This document shows positions 12,989-28,231 of a DNA stretch of 50,069 nt, in pieces. The notes beneath the pieces were generated by a model. That model made no database searches, was not told the origin of the DNA, and saw only the letters and a program-made list of their open reading frames with translations. How positions within the stretch are numbered: position 1 is the first letter of the stretch; each line of letters opens with the position of its first letter. The position numbers and the translations under genes were made by a program. The stretch is from contig JBODTK010000101.1 in NCBI GenBank assembly GCA_050613775.1, positions 558,001 through 608,069 of the forward strand. Reading direction: 5' to 3'. The stretch comes from Neocallimastix sp. 'constans' (taxonomy: Eukaryota).

Positions 12989-13548
12989 AAAATAGAAAGA
13001 AAAAAAAAATATATATATATATATATATAAAGAATATAAATAAAATAATTATCATTAATTCAGTAGTTTTTTTCTTGTCACTTCATTTGTTAATGTATCA
13101 TAAATTATATATATAAAAATAAGGAAGAAAAAAAATTTTAGTTTTTTTCTTTACTTTTTTTTATTATACTAATTTTTATATATTATTTTTTATTTTTTAA
13201 AAGGAAAAATAAAATATATAATATTAATGTTTTATTGATTTTTGTGTGTTTATTTTATATAATTAATTTAATAAGAATTAATTAAAGTAATATAAACAAT
13301 CATAAACATTAATTTGTATATTTTTTTTTTTTTTTATTTTTTTTTTAGAAAATATAATAATAATAATAATAATAATAAATAACAACAAAAAAAAAAAATA
13401 ATTACAAAATGGAAAATTAATATATATATAATATACAAATGAGCAAATATAAAAATATCAAACATATATTATAAAATATTAAATTTAAACATTATATATA
13501 TATTTATCGATTAATAATTCCAAACAAAATTATATTTCAATAATAATC

Positions 13549-13597
<49 letters not shown>

Positions 13598-14245
13598 AAC
13601 AGTAGTAATAATAATAAAAAAAAAAAAAAAAAAAAAAAAACACAAACAAAAATCAACGAATTATTAACAAATTTTTATCAACAAAATACAAATTAAAATA
13701 ATAAATAAATATATATATATAATATATATTCAACAAATTAAAATTATAAAAATATAATTATTATTTTATATAATACTCTTTATTATATAAACAAATTATT
13801 TTATATTATTTAAAATACATTGCAGTATAGAGGGAAAGTTTATAAATATTATTTAAAGAATATACAAATTTCTTTCAAATAATGATTTATATATTTTTTT
13901 TTTTATTTAATAGAAAACATTATAAGAAAATGTTATTATTATTGTTATTATTATTAATAAAGTAATTCCAAAATTTTGAAAATATTTAAAAGTAAATATT
14001 TAAAAATTAATGATAATGTAAAACCAAAATAGATAAAGTAAAAAAATAAAAAATATTTTTTAACAATTTGAATTGTTATTTTATTTTTTTGATTTAAATA
14101 TTTTCTTTATATTTATATAATAAAAATTTAAAAAAAAAATTAAAATATATTAACAAAATAATAAAAAAATAATAATAAAAAATATAAAAATAAAAAATAA
14201 TATAATAAAAATAATTAAAATTTTTAATATATATATAATTATTCA

Positions 14246-14284
<39 letters not shown>

Positions 14285-14576
14285 TATTTTTATTAATATT
14301 TTTTATTGATATAATATTCAATAGTACTATATAATAAAATGTCAATAATAATGTATTCTAGATGGAGATTGTATGTTAAAATTTATTTATTTAATTATTT
14401 ATTTAATATAAAATTTTATAATAAATAAATAAATAAATAAATAAATAAATAGTAATAAAGACATGCCAAAAGTAAGTTTTTAAAATAATGAAAAATACTA
14501 TTTTGTTTAACGACTAAGTCAATTAGAGTCAATGAGACTTTTAATCTTTTAAAATTAGTAATTTAGGATTTTAAAA

Positions 14577-14651
14577 GCCATGTTGGTCCAGTCGGTTAGG
14601 ACGATACAGGTCACTGTAGAGGGCGGGGTTCGAATCCTCGGCATGGCACCA
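14577..14651 (+). ncRNA. tRNA-like head of the SINE (pseudo-tRNA, possibly Asp-related) with encoded CCA
   Basis: Acceptor stem GCCATGT/GCATGGC followed by A and CCA; D arm GTCC-AGTCGGTTA-GGAC; T loop TTCGAAT. The anticodon arm TACAG-GTCA-CTGTA has only a 4-nt loop, so this is not a canonical functional tRNA. Confidence 0.75.
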
Positions 14652-15022
14652 AATAATCGGATGAGGTTTCTATCCTGGGATATCATGAGACCACACGTGA
14701 TGTCCATAAGGCTTTCCCTCAAATGATTATTTCACCCATCCCTGATACTACGCTTTGAATTGAAGCATAGACCTTGATGATTGTAAAATTTCCAATCGCC
14801 AATGATTACACCCACTAGGGAGGAGTTAATGGTTCCGTTCTGATGCTCGTGGTCATTAGAGATATATGTAGGAACGTTAGGAATGCATCTCCGGGCAGTG
14901 TGTAACGACGATTGAGAGCGGCGAAGCTGATACAGTATGCCAATAACTCATCACCTTACAGTTAATTAATAACTGTATGGCCATATGGGAGATGGGTACC
15001 CATATGTGCAAGTCTATGTTTT
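14577..15022 (+). mobile_element. tRNA-derived SINE-like element (about 445 bp) with 15-bp target-site duplication
   Basis: TTTAGGATTTTAAAA flanks both sides (14562-14576 and 15023-15037). The 5' head is tRNA-like with an A box (14584-14595) and a B box GGTTCGAATCC (14627-14637). The GC-richer body ends in a T7 run. Confidence 0.85.
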
Positions 15023-15489
15023 TTTAGGATTTTAAAATTATGATATAGAATTAAATATTTAATTTTTGACGCAAATTACATGGAGAGTGTTGTATTTCGT
15101 AATGGGGAGTGTGCATTTCGAAAATTTTTATTACAAAAATTTGTATTTTGTTGTATGGCTTAAATATTTTTAATTTTAAGCCACTTAATTTTATTAAAAA
15201 TTTAATGAATAATAATTAATTAATTAAATAAATAAAATTACAATTTTCAAAAATTTTCAAACACGTAATCTTACGTGGGGCGTATATCTAATTGTATCAT
15301 AATTTTGTGGCTTTTTTCTACAATTTTTAAAAGCCATATATTCACAATATGGCGTGAATAATAAATGTGGTGATATTTTATGACGAAAATTTATAAGCCA
15401 CCAAGAATTTGGCGAAATTTAACTGGACGAAATTCAACTTTTGGCGAAATACAACACTTCAATAAATAATAATTAGGTTAGGTATTTCT

Positions 15490-15780
15490 ATTTAACATTG
15501 AAAAATAAAATAAAAATAAATAAACATTTTATTTTTTAATGCTTAAAAAATAAAATAAAAATAAGAAATAAGAAAACTTTTTTTTTAAACATTGAAAAAT
15601 AAAATAAAAATAAATAAACATTTTATTTTTTAAGCATCAAAAAATAAAAAAAAAAAAAAATAAGAAATAAGAAAACTTCTTTTTTAAACATTAAAAAATA
15701 AAATAAAAATAAATAAAAATTTATTTTTTAAGCATTAAAAAATAAAAAAAATAAAATAAAACAAAAAAATAAAAAATAAA
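15490..15780. repeat. Subterminal tandem repeats (about 95 bp, about 3 copies) inside the MULE
   Basis: AAACATTGAAAAATAAAATAAAAATAAATAAACATTTTATTTTTTAA...AAGAAATAAGAAAACTT is repeated. Confidence 0.65.
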
Positions 15781-15957
15781 AATAAAAATAAAGAAATAAA
15801 ATAGTAAATAAAGAAATAATAAATAATTAATAATTAAATAATTATTTAAATAATTATATAATTAATTAAAAAAAGGTTTATTATTTTAAATATTAAAAAA
15901 AAAAAAAAAGTTTCAAAGCATTTATTAAAATATTTTATTGAAAAATTTTAATTATTA

Positions 15958-17394
15958 ATGGAAGACAATATAGAAATTGAAATAAGTGAAACAAATCGAG
16001 GAAATGAACAAATTATTATTAATAAAAAACACAAATTTAATTTTTCATTTCAAAGGAAAGATAAATCAAAAATTTATAGATGCACTGAATATAAGACTTT
16101 AAATAAATGTAAATCTTTAATTATTTTAAATGATAAAAAGGAGGTTTTAAAATATGAAAGTTTACATAACCATCTCGAAAAAGAAATTGATGTGTCTATA
16201 TCAGTAGCAAAGCATAAAATTAAGGAAGAAATTAAGAAAAATTCAATTCCTATGGATATAAAACCTAAACATATATTTAATGCCGTTTCTCAAGAAATGG
16301 GACTTATATGTCCCGAATATAGTACAATTAGATCCCAAATAATAAGAAATATAAATAAACAATTTCCTCCAAACATAAAAGGTTTTGATGATATTCCCAT
16401 TGAATCAGAATATTATAAAATGAAAAGAAATGAAAATTTTATGATATTTAAAAATACTGATCTAATAATCTTTCAATCACCATTCCAAGCATATTTATAT
16501 TCGAATTATCATAAAAATATATTTGCGGACGGTACATTTTATGCAGCACCGAAATTTAGTTATCAGTTATTTATAACAAGAACTTATGTTGGGGAATTTA
16601 ATATGCTTTACACTACTTCCATTTCTATATTAAAAAATAAAAAACAATCTACATATGAAACATTATTTAAAGAAATAAAAAAAAATGCAAATAAATTTAG
16701 GAGTAATACATTAATTACTACAATTAATTTTCATTGTGATTTTGAACAAGGTATATCTAATGCCGCAAAAAAAGTTTTTCCCAATATAAATATTAAATAT
16801 TTTGTTTGGCATTACAAAAGATCATTAGAAAAACAAAAAAATATATTATGTTATCATGAAGTGAAGAATAATAATAATGTATATATTTATTATAAAGCTA
16901 TTTCGAACTTACCGTTTATAAACCCTAACTATATATTTGATATTTATATTATAATAAAAAGAATTTATCAAAAAAAAAAGTATAATAATTTTCTGCAATT
17001 TTTAGAATATTTTAATAAAAATTATTTACTTAAGTATAATGTTAATAATTGGAATTATTATGAAAATATAGAGCATTTAACAAACAATGCATCAGAATCT
17101 TATAATAGCTACTTAAATAATATATTTCCAAATAAACCTTTATTTTATAAATTAATATATATATTAAAAGAAGAAGAAAACTTATCTTATAATGATTATC
17201 AAAGGAGAACTAAAGGAAATTGGAAAAAAAAGCAAAAAATATTTAGTGCAACTGATGAAATTAAAATTTTAATTGAAAATTACAAAAGTAAGGAAATAAA
17301 TTTATTTTATAATGGATGCAACAGAAATGAATTAATTAAATTATGGAAAGAATGTTTAATTGATTTAAACGATATAAATATTAATTTAAAATAA
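15958..17394 (+). CDS. MULE-family DDE transposase (478 aa)
   Basis: N-terminal WRKY/FLYWCH-like zinc finger (YRC..C...HNH) and catalytic motifs ADGTF, CDFE and TNNASESYN. The usual CxxH motif reads FVWH here. Confidence 0.9.
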   Translation: MEDNIEIEISETNRGNEQIIINKKHKFNFSFQRKDKSKIYRCTEYKTLNKCKSLIILNDKKEVLKYESLHNHLEKEIDVSISVAKHKIKEEIKKNSIPMDIKPKHIFNAVSQEMGLICPEYSTIRSQIIRNINKQFPPNIKGFDDIPIESEYYKMKRNENFMIFKNTDLIIFQSPFQAYLYSNYHKNIFADGTFYAAPKFSYQLFITRTYVGEFNMLYTTSISILKNKKQSTYETLFKEIKKNANKFRSNTLITTINFHCDFEQGISNAAKKVFPNINIKYFVWHYKRSLEKQKNILCYHEVKNNNNVYIYYKAISNLPFINPNYIFDIYIIIKRIYQKKKYNNFLQFLEYFNKNYLLKYNVNNWNYYENIEHLTNNASESYNSYLNNIFPNKPLFYKLIYILKEEENLSYNDYQRRTKGNWKKKQKIFSATDEIKILIENYKSKEINLFYNGCNRNELIKLWKECLIDLNDININLK

Positions 17395-17618
17395 ATAATC
17401 TTAATTTAAAAAAATGCTAGAAAAATAAAAATTTATTTATTTTAAATTTATATTTATAATCGTTTAAATAATAATTAAATAATCTTAATTTAAAAAAATG
17501 CTAGAAAAATACAAATTTATTTACCTATTGTGTTTATTTAATAATCTTAATAGAAATTATCTTTTAGTTATTTTTATTAAGTAATTTATAACTAAAACCG
17601 ATTTATTTGATACTAGTT

Positions 17619-17907
17619 AAAATTTTATTAATATCAATATCAATATTATATAATTATAAATTTTATTAATATCAATATCAATATTATATAATTATAAATT
17701 TTATTAATATCAATATCAATATTATATAATTATAAATTTTATTAATATCAATATCAATATTATATAATTATAAATTTTATTAATATCAATATCAATATTA
17801 TATAATTATAAATTTTATTAATATCAATATCAATATTATATAATTATAAATTTTATTAATATCAATATCAATATTATATAATTATAAATTTTATTAATAT
17901 CAATATA
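17619..17907. repeat. 38-bp minisatellite, about 7.5 copies, inside the MULE
   Basis: Unit AAATTTTATTAATATCAATATCAATATTATATAATTAT is repeated head to tail. Confidence 0.9.
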
Positions 17908-18324
17908 CTTTTCAAAATTAATTATGGTATTAAAAATATTAAATTCAATAAAAGATTTTTATTATTTTATTAAAATTATAATTGTTATTATTATATTTTA
18001 ATAATAATTGATTCATATTGATCAAACATTATAAATATTACTATGCAAATAATTAATTATTTTAATAGGATCAATTATTCAACTCTTATTGTTTTAATTT
18101 TTAATTCTTATATCATTTAAATTAATATATATATATATATCGTTTATGAAAATATGAATTATAAATAATTAAAATTATTTACTTTTCATTTAAATTTTTT
18201 TATTTACTATAATAATATATAATAATTAAAAGACAAACGTTATTATAACTAATTTTTTTTTTTTTTAGAAAAATAAATGAAAAAAATTAAAATATATAAG
18301 ATTCCTATATATATAAAATAATTA

Positions 18325-19610
18325 TTATATTTTATTTTATTATATATTTATTTTATTTTATTTTATTTTATTTTATTTTATTTTATTATATTTTTTTTTT
18401 TTTTATTTTATTTTATTTTATTTTATTTTATTCAATCTGTACTTATATTTATGTTTCTACTATTCATTTTATTTTATTTTATTTTATTTTATTTTATTTT
18501 ATTTTATTTTATTTTATAATATTTTATTTTATTTTATTTTATTCAATCTGTACTTATATTTATGTTTCTACTATTCATTTTATTTTATTTTATTATATTT
18601 TTTTTTTTTTATTTTATTTTATTTTATTTTATTTTATTTTATTCAATCTGTACTTATATTTATGTTTCTACTATTCATTTTATTTTATTTTATTTTATTT
18701 TATTTTATTCAATCTGTACTTATATTTATGTTTCTACTATTCATTTTATTTTATTTTATTTTATTTTATTTTATTTTATTTTATTTTATTTTATTTTATT
18801 TTATTTTATTTTATTCAATCTGTACTTATATTTATGTTTCTACTATTTATTTTATTTTATTTTATTTTATTTTATTTTATTTTATTCAATCTGTACTTAT
18901 ATTTATGTTTCTACTATTCATTTTATTTTATTTTATTTTATTTTATTTTATTTTATTTTATTTTATTTTATTTTATTTTATTTTATTTTATTTTATTCAA
19001 TCTGTACTTATATTTATGTTTCTACTATTCATTTTATTTTATTTTATTTTATTTTATTTTATTTTATTCAATCTGTACTTATATTTATGTTTCTACTATT
19101 CATTTTATTTTATTTTATTTTATTTTATAATATTTTATTTTATTTTATTTTATTCAATCTGTACTTATATTTATGTTTCTACTATTCATTTTATTTTATT
19201 TTATTTTATTTTATTTTATTTTATTCAATCTGTACTTATATTTATGTTTCTACTATTCATTTTATTTTATTTTATTTTATTTTATTTTATTTTATTCAAT
19301 CTGTACTTATATTTATGTTTCTACTATTCATTTTATTTTATTTTATTTTATTTTATTTTATTTTATTTTATTTTATTTTATTCAATCTGTACTTTATTTT
19401 TAATATTCTACTATTCATTTTATTTTATTTTATTTTATTTTATTTTATTTTATTTTATTTTATTTTATTTTATTTTATTTTATTTTATTTTATTTTATTT
19501 TATTTTATTTTATTTTATTTTATTTTATTATATTCAATCTGTACTTTCTTATTTAATATTCTACTTTTTATTTTATTTTATTATATTTTATTTTATTCAA
19601 TCTGCATTTT
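18325..19610. repeat. Compound array inside the MULE: conserved 36-bp core separated by variable-length (ATTTT)n
   Basis: Core ATTCAATCTGTACTTATATTTATGTTTCTACTATTC occurs about 11 times near-perfectly (18430-19330), with 3 degenerate copies near 19380, 19532 and 19595. Confidence 0.9.
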
Positions 19611-20874
19611 CTGTTGATAATATAAACAAGGTATTAATGTATTAATAATAATTAATAATATTTAAAATAAAATAAAAAAAATATTATTATTATTTTATAT
19701 ACGTAGTAATTATATATATATATATATATATATATTTTTATTTAATTTTCTAAAAAAAATTTTTTTAGTCATAATAAACGTTTGTCTTAATTATTTTTAT
19801 TATTATTTAAAAATTTTTTATTCATTTATAATTTATTTATTCATTTATTTATTTATCACATTATAATACGCCATGTTTTCCGAAATACAATACAACAAAA
19901 TACAAATTTTTGTAATAAAAATTTTCGAAATGACACACCCCCTTTCGTAATAAGGCTTTATAAAATTGTGGCGTTATTCATTTTTTCATTTTTGAGATGT
20001 AGCATATTATCTTATTTATAAATAAATTAATGAAAAACGTTAAACAAATGAACATAGAAGGTTTAAAAAAAAAATTTTTTTTTCTACAACTTTTATTTAG
20101 ATATTTTATTTATAAAGAATATTTTTATTTATAAAGAATAATTTATTTGTAAAGAATATTTTATTTGTAAAGAATATTTTATTTGTAAAGAATATGTTAT
20201 TTTAAAGAATACTTTTTTTAAAAATATTTTATTTTTCTGAATATTTAAATAGTATTTTTTTTATAAGATATATAAACTTTTTTAATTTAAATATAATTAT
20301 AGGTTTCAATATATTTGAACTTAATTTCATATATATTTTAAATATTCTTAATACATTTATCATGATATATATTTAAATAATAAACTATATTTTATTTTTA
20401 TATATTATTTAAAATTATTAATTTATTTATATTTTAAATTATATGAAATTAATTATTATAATTATTAAAATAAGAATAATAAAAAAAAAAAAAAAAAAAA
20501 AAGGAAAAAAGTATCAATAGTAATATAAAATAAACTGCATAATAGATAAATTATAAATTATTAATATACAATTAATTCCATACATATTAAACATATATAT
20601 AATTTAAAAAAATATAAATATATATTTTAAGTTTCTTAAATATCAAAATTCCTATATTATTTATTTTAATATTTAAATAAAATATACATAAAATAGCAAC
20701 TTACCGATGAAATTTCCTATGAAAATATATTTTAGATTATAGAATAGAATATATATATATATTTATAGAAGTGCGAAAATTTTACTTATTTAATTTTATA
20801 TACTTTTGTTGTTTTAAAAATATATGTTATAATGAAATAAAAATCTATTAGGAAATATAAATATCAATAAAATA

Positions 20875-23945
<3,071 letters not shown>

Positions 23946-24038
23946 AAGAAAAAAAAAAAAATTTTTTTTTTTAAGAAATTTCATTAGATTACATCATAAA
24001 TATAATTATTTCATATATGAAATACATTGTATGTATAT

Positions 24039-24093
<55 letters not shown>

Positions 24094-25171
24094 ATTTTAA
24101 GTAAATAACTTCAAAATTTTTTCTTAAAGAATAAAAAAAAAAAAAAAAAAAATGGTTTATATATATCTATTCATTTTAATAATATATATTTATAAAAATT
24201 TATTAATTTCTATCGTTAAAAAAGTATATAGTTTATTTATTTTAATCATTATAAAATATGATTAAAAAATTATTTTTAAATTTCAAATTAAATATGAAAT
24301 AAACAACTTTTAATTAAATTACTTCAAAAGATAAATACAACTATATTAATTACATAATAAATCACTAAATAAATATCTGAGTAATTAAATATTAATGAAA
24401 TATTCATTAATTTAGTATATTATTTATTTATTTATATACATATTTATTTATTTATTTCAATTTTATTTCATTTCATTTTTTTTTTATTTTAAATGTCAAA
24501 TTTTATTATTATTTTTGTATTTTTTAAAGAATAAATGAAATTAAAATATTTATTCAACATTGAAAAAATAAATTAAAATATTAATTTATATAAATTTATA
24601 TTGATTATGAATTAAAAGTAAATTGTATATTATTATTAAATAATATCAAATTTTTGCAATTGTTTAAATTATTTTAAAAATAGTTTTTTTAATGAAAAAA
24701 GTTATTTATTATTATATATTTGATATTTTGGTTCAATATATGATTTTGATGTAAGTCATTAACTTTATAATATATTATTTTTTTTATAATTAATATTAAA
24801 ATAATATCTCCTCTTTTTTTTTTTTATATATATAATTTTTATTATATTTTTATATTCTAAAATTATTAAAAAATGAACTTTGAAATATATTATTTTTTTT
24901 TTTTTTTTTTTTTTCATATTTTTGCATAATTAATATTAAAATACCATTTTTTTTTTATTATTTAATTTTTTTTTAAATTTAATACAATTTTTATTAAATG
25001 AACTTTAATAAATAATAAAATTTTTTTTACAATTGATTCGATTATAATTACAATATTATTAATATGAAAAAATAAGATAAATAAAATTGGTTTAAAAATT
25101 GAAAAAAAATTGCAAAAATTTGCATTTAATTTTTATTATTCGAGATAAATGAATTATATATACTTAAATAA

Positions 25172-25835
25172 ATGAAACTAATATATTATTTAATATTTCT
25201 AATTCAATATATTTTTATATGTAATTATAAAAAAAAAAAAAAAAAAAATTCATTAAAAAATAATGACGATAATATATATATAAATTTTATTAAAAATAAA
25301 TATTGCTAATATCTACTTCTTATTTTGAATTATAACTGAAATAATATAATATATTATTAGGTAAATGCAGTAAAATAAAGTTAAAAGCAGTTTCATTTTC
25401 ATATGATAATGGAATAGTTCCTAATTATTTAGCACATGAATTTAATAAATACGCTGAAGAAAAAAATCTTGATATAGAACTGTCAATTCTACTCTATACG
25501 GAAAAAAATTCAACACTTTATGTTAATGACTATGGATCTACTATAGAGTATCTTTTAAGAAGAGGTTCAACAAAATATGATATTTATTTTTATGATAATA
25601 TGTACTCCCAAAGATATTCTCAATATCTAATTAATTTAGAAGATTATTTATCTAAAGATCATATTGCTCTTTATTCTTCTGGAATTGCTTCCGAAACTTG
25701 TAGATACAATAAAAAATGGGTCGGATTAGTATGTCAAATTTTAAATAAAAAAATAGTAAAAGATAAAATATTAAATAAAAAATAAAATAAAATAAAATAA
25801 AATAATATATAAATATATAATTACATAGAGTTATA

Positions 25836-25875
<40 letters not shown>

Positions 25876-26244
25876 CGATTTGTATTATTAAATTTAATAA
25901 AAAATTAAATAATAATAAAAATAATATTAATAATAATACAAATATATATACATTCAGCCAATTAATATAGAATATAATGTACTATATTCAAATACTAAAT
26001 TATTAGAGCAATATGGAAAAACTGTACCAAAAACTTGGAAAGAATTGTTAGAGACTGGTAAATTTATTAGTCAAAAAGAAAAAGAAAAAGAAAAAGGAAC
26101 TGGAGATGATGAATTAATAATATATAATGGATTATTTCCAAGTATGAAAATTATATATTTTGATATTAACTTTCCATTAAATAACTTTGAATAATATAAA
26201 TAATAATATATATATATATTTATTTATTTAATAAATATTTCTTT

Positions 26245-26294
<50 letters not shown>

Positions 26295-26550
26295 ATATGA
26301 AACATCAATGATATCAACAAGAGAATTAATTTATTCATTCAGAAAAAAGAAAGAATCACCATTCCCTGAATATTCAAGTCAAGAAGCAGTTAATGCATTA
26401 AATATGATAAAAAAAATAAAAGAAGAATTAGCATCAGGTAACCATAATACTCATTAAAAAATATATATATTAGATATAATTATTAATATAATAAATACTA
26501 TAATAAATATATTATTTTTAAGTCAGAAAAAAATCTTTATCATATGATTG

Positions 26551-26591
<41 letters not shown>

Positions 26592-28077
26592 CATTAAAAA
26601 AAAAAAAAAAAAAAACTTAGATATAATATTTCAAAATACAGAAGTTGAATCAATAGCAAGAATTTTAACAGGAAAAGCTTTATTTATAAAATTTTGGTAT
26701 ATGCCCTTTATTAACTCAATATTTAAAACTACAGTATTAGTTGGTGATAAAGAAGGAATTTCGGCTTCAGGTGTCGGAGGCAGTAATGTAGGAATATTCA
26801 ATAGAATATCTGAAAAAAGGAAAAAGGCTGCCATTGAATTTTTAAAATTTGCTACATCAAAAGAAACCCAAAAAAAATTAATAACTAATTCTTTATCGTA
26901 TTCTGCAATAAATAGTTTATATGATGATAAAGAAGTATGTAAATTTATAGATTGTGAATTAATGAAAAATATTCAACCTATTATACGTCCAACAACAATA
27001 TATAATAATTACGATGAATACTCAACAAAATTCCAAAATTTATTTTTTGAGTTTTTATATGAAAACAGATCGGCTACAGATGTTTTAAATGATATTTATG
27101 ATTTAACACATATATATTATGTACCTTTTGGTCAATCAACAATTTATGGAGAAGGAGTTTTTATTATAGCAGGAATAATATTATTGATAATAATATCAAC
27201 AATACCATTCTTTTTCATTCATAAATATAAACCCTTTTTCCAATTTTTAAGTTTAAGTTTTTGGCTTATCACCATTTTAGGCCTTCTTTTACATTTAGGT
27301 GCCGTAATAATTAATTATGGAGAATTAACTAAATCGAAATGTCAATATTATTTTATGTTACTTTCATTTGGATTTACCTTTCAATTTATACCTATCTTCC
27401 ATAAACTCATCATTAATTACCCAAATGAAAATAAATACTCTAATTTTATTAGAAAAAAAAGTTTTTTATTTTTGCTATGTTTTATTATATATGATATCAT
27501 AACTAATATATTATTTTTGATAATGGATCCTTTCAGAATAGAAAGTATAATCAAAGAAAAAGGAAAAAATTTTAATATTTGCAAAATAAATAACGCATTG
27601 GGGAAAAACTTATTAATTACCACATATATAGAAAAAGGGTTAATTTTTATATCAATGTTATTTTTATTGCATAAAGAATGGAATATGTGGGAAACACTTA
27701 AAGATGTTAAACACATTACGGCTATGATTATCGGCGATACCGTTTTATATATTTTCTATATTATATCTATTACATTAATTAACGATTATATTGCTAAATT
27801 TTTATTTTCATCTCTTGTATTATTTATATTTACAATCTTGAATTATATTTTGATCTATGGTGTAAAAATTATTCAAATTATTACGAATGATGTTTCTGAT
27901 ATAATGTTTATTGAAGAATTATCAAAATATTCAAAAAGTACTCAATCAAATATTTCTTCTGATATAGTTGGTTCCTCTTGTGAAAGTAAATCCAAAATTA
28001 GTTTATGCTCATCAAAAATGACAGATGAAATTACACCATCTAAATTGGACATTTATGATATAAACACTTCAGATATG

Positions 28078-28086
<9 letters not shown>
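25172..28086 (+). CDS. Extracellular solute-binding protein fused to a class C-like 7TM GPCR, paralog 2
   Basis: Manual model join(25172..25220,25361..25728,25958..26141,26294..26437,26621..28086). Intron positions and phases match paralog 1, as do the motifs (YDIYFYD, WVGLP, VPKTWKEL, GVGGSNVGI, EWNMWET). Confidence 0.85.
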
Positions 28087-28115
<29 letters not shown>

Positions 28116-28199
28116 ACATTCCTTAGTAATAAATATCATTTAACGTAAAAATAATACTAATAATAATTATTATTATAATTAAATTTAATTGTATTATGA

Positions 28200-28231
<32 letters not shown>

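Larger units (their letters stand above)
15104..19942 (+). mobile_element. Mutator-like (MULE) DNA transposon, 4.84 kb
   Basis: 53-bp TIRs at 15104-15156 (GGGGAGTGTGCATTTCGAAAATTTT...TTGTTGTAT) and 19890-19942. 9-bp TSD TTTCGTAAT at 15095-15103 and 19943-19951, the typical Mutator TSD length. Internal transposase ORF. Confidence 0.93.

Noticed and set aside
14094..14345. 83-aa minus-strand ORF
   Set aside because: AT low-complexity artefact.
14577..14651. Functional tRNA-Asp gene
   Set aside because: The anticodon loop is only 4 nt, there is no terminator directly after it, and it is part of a TSD-flanked 445-bp unit.
14652..15018. Hammerhead or HDV-like ribozyme, or group II intron domain V, in the SINE body
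   Set aside because: Partial look-alikes exist (CGGATGAG, CTGATG, GGCGAAG), but I could not find a complete CUGANGA plus GAAA core or the required pseudoknot pairings by eye.
18430..19610. CRISPR array (36-bp repeat with spacers)
   Set aside because: The spacers are only (ATTTT)n, there are no cas genes, the context is eukaryotic, and the array lies inside a MULE.
18562..19645. Long F/I/L/Y-rich ORFs (351, 327, 98 and 76 aa)
   Set aside because: They are translations of the stop-free (ATTTT)n array in all three frames.
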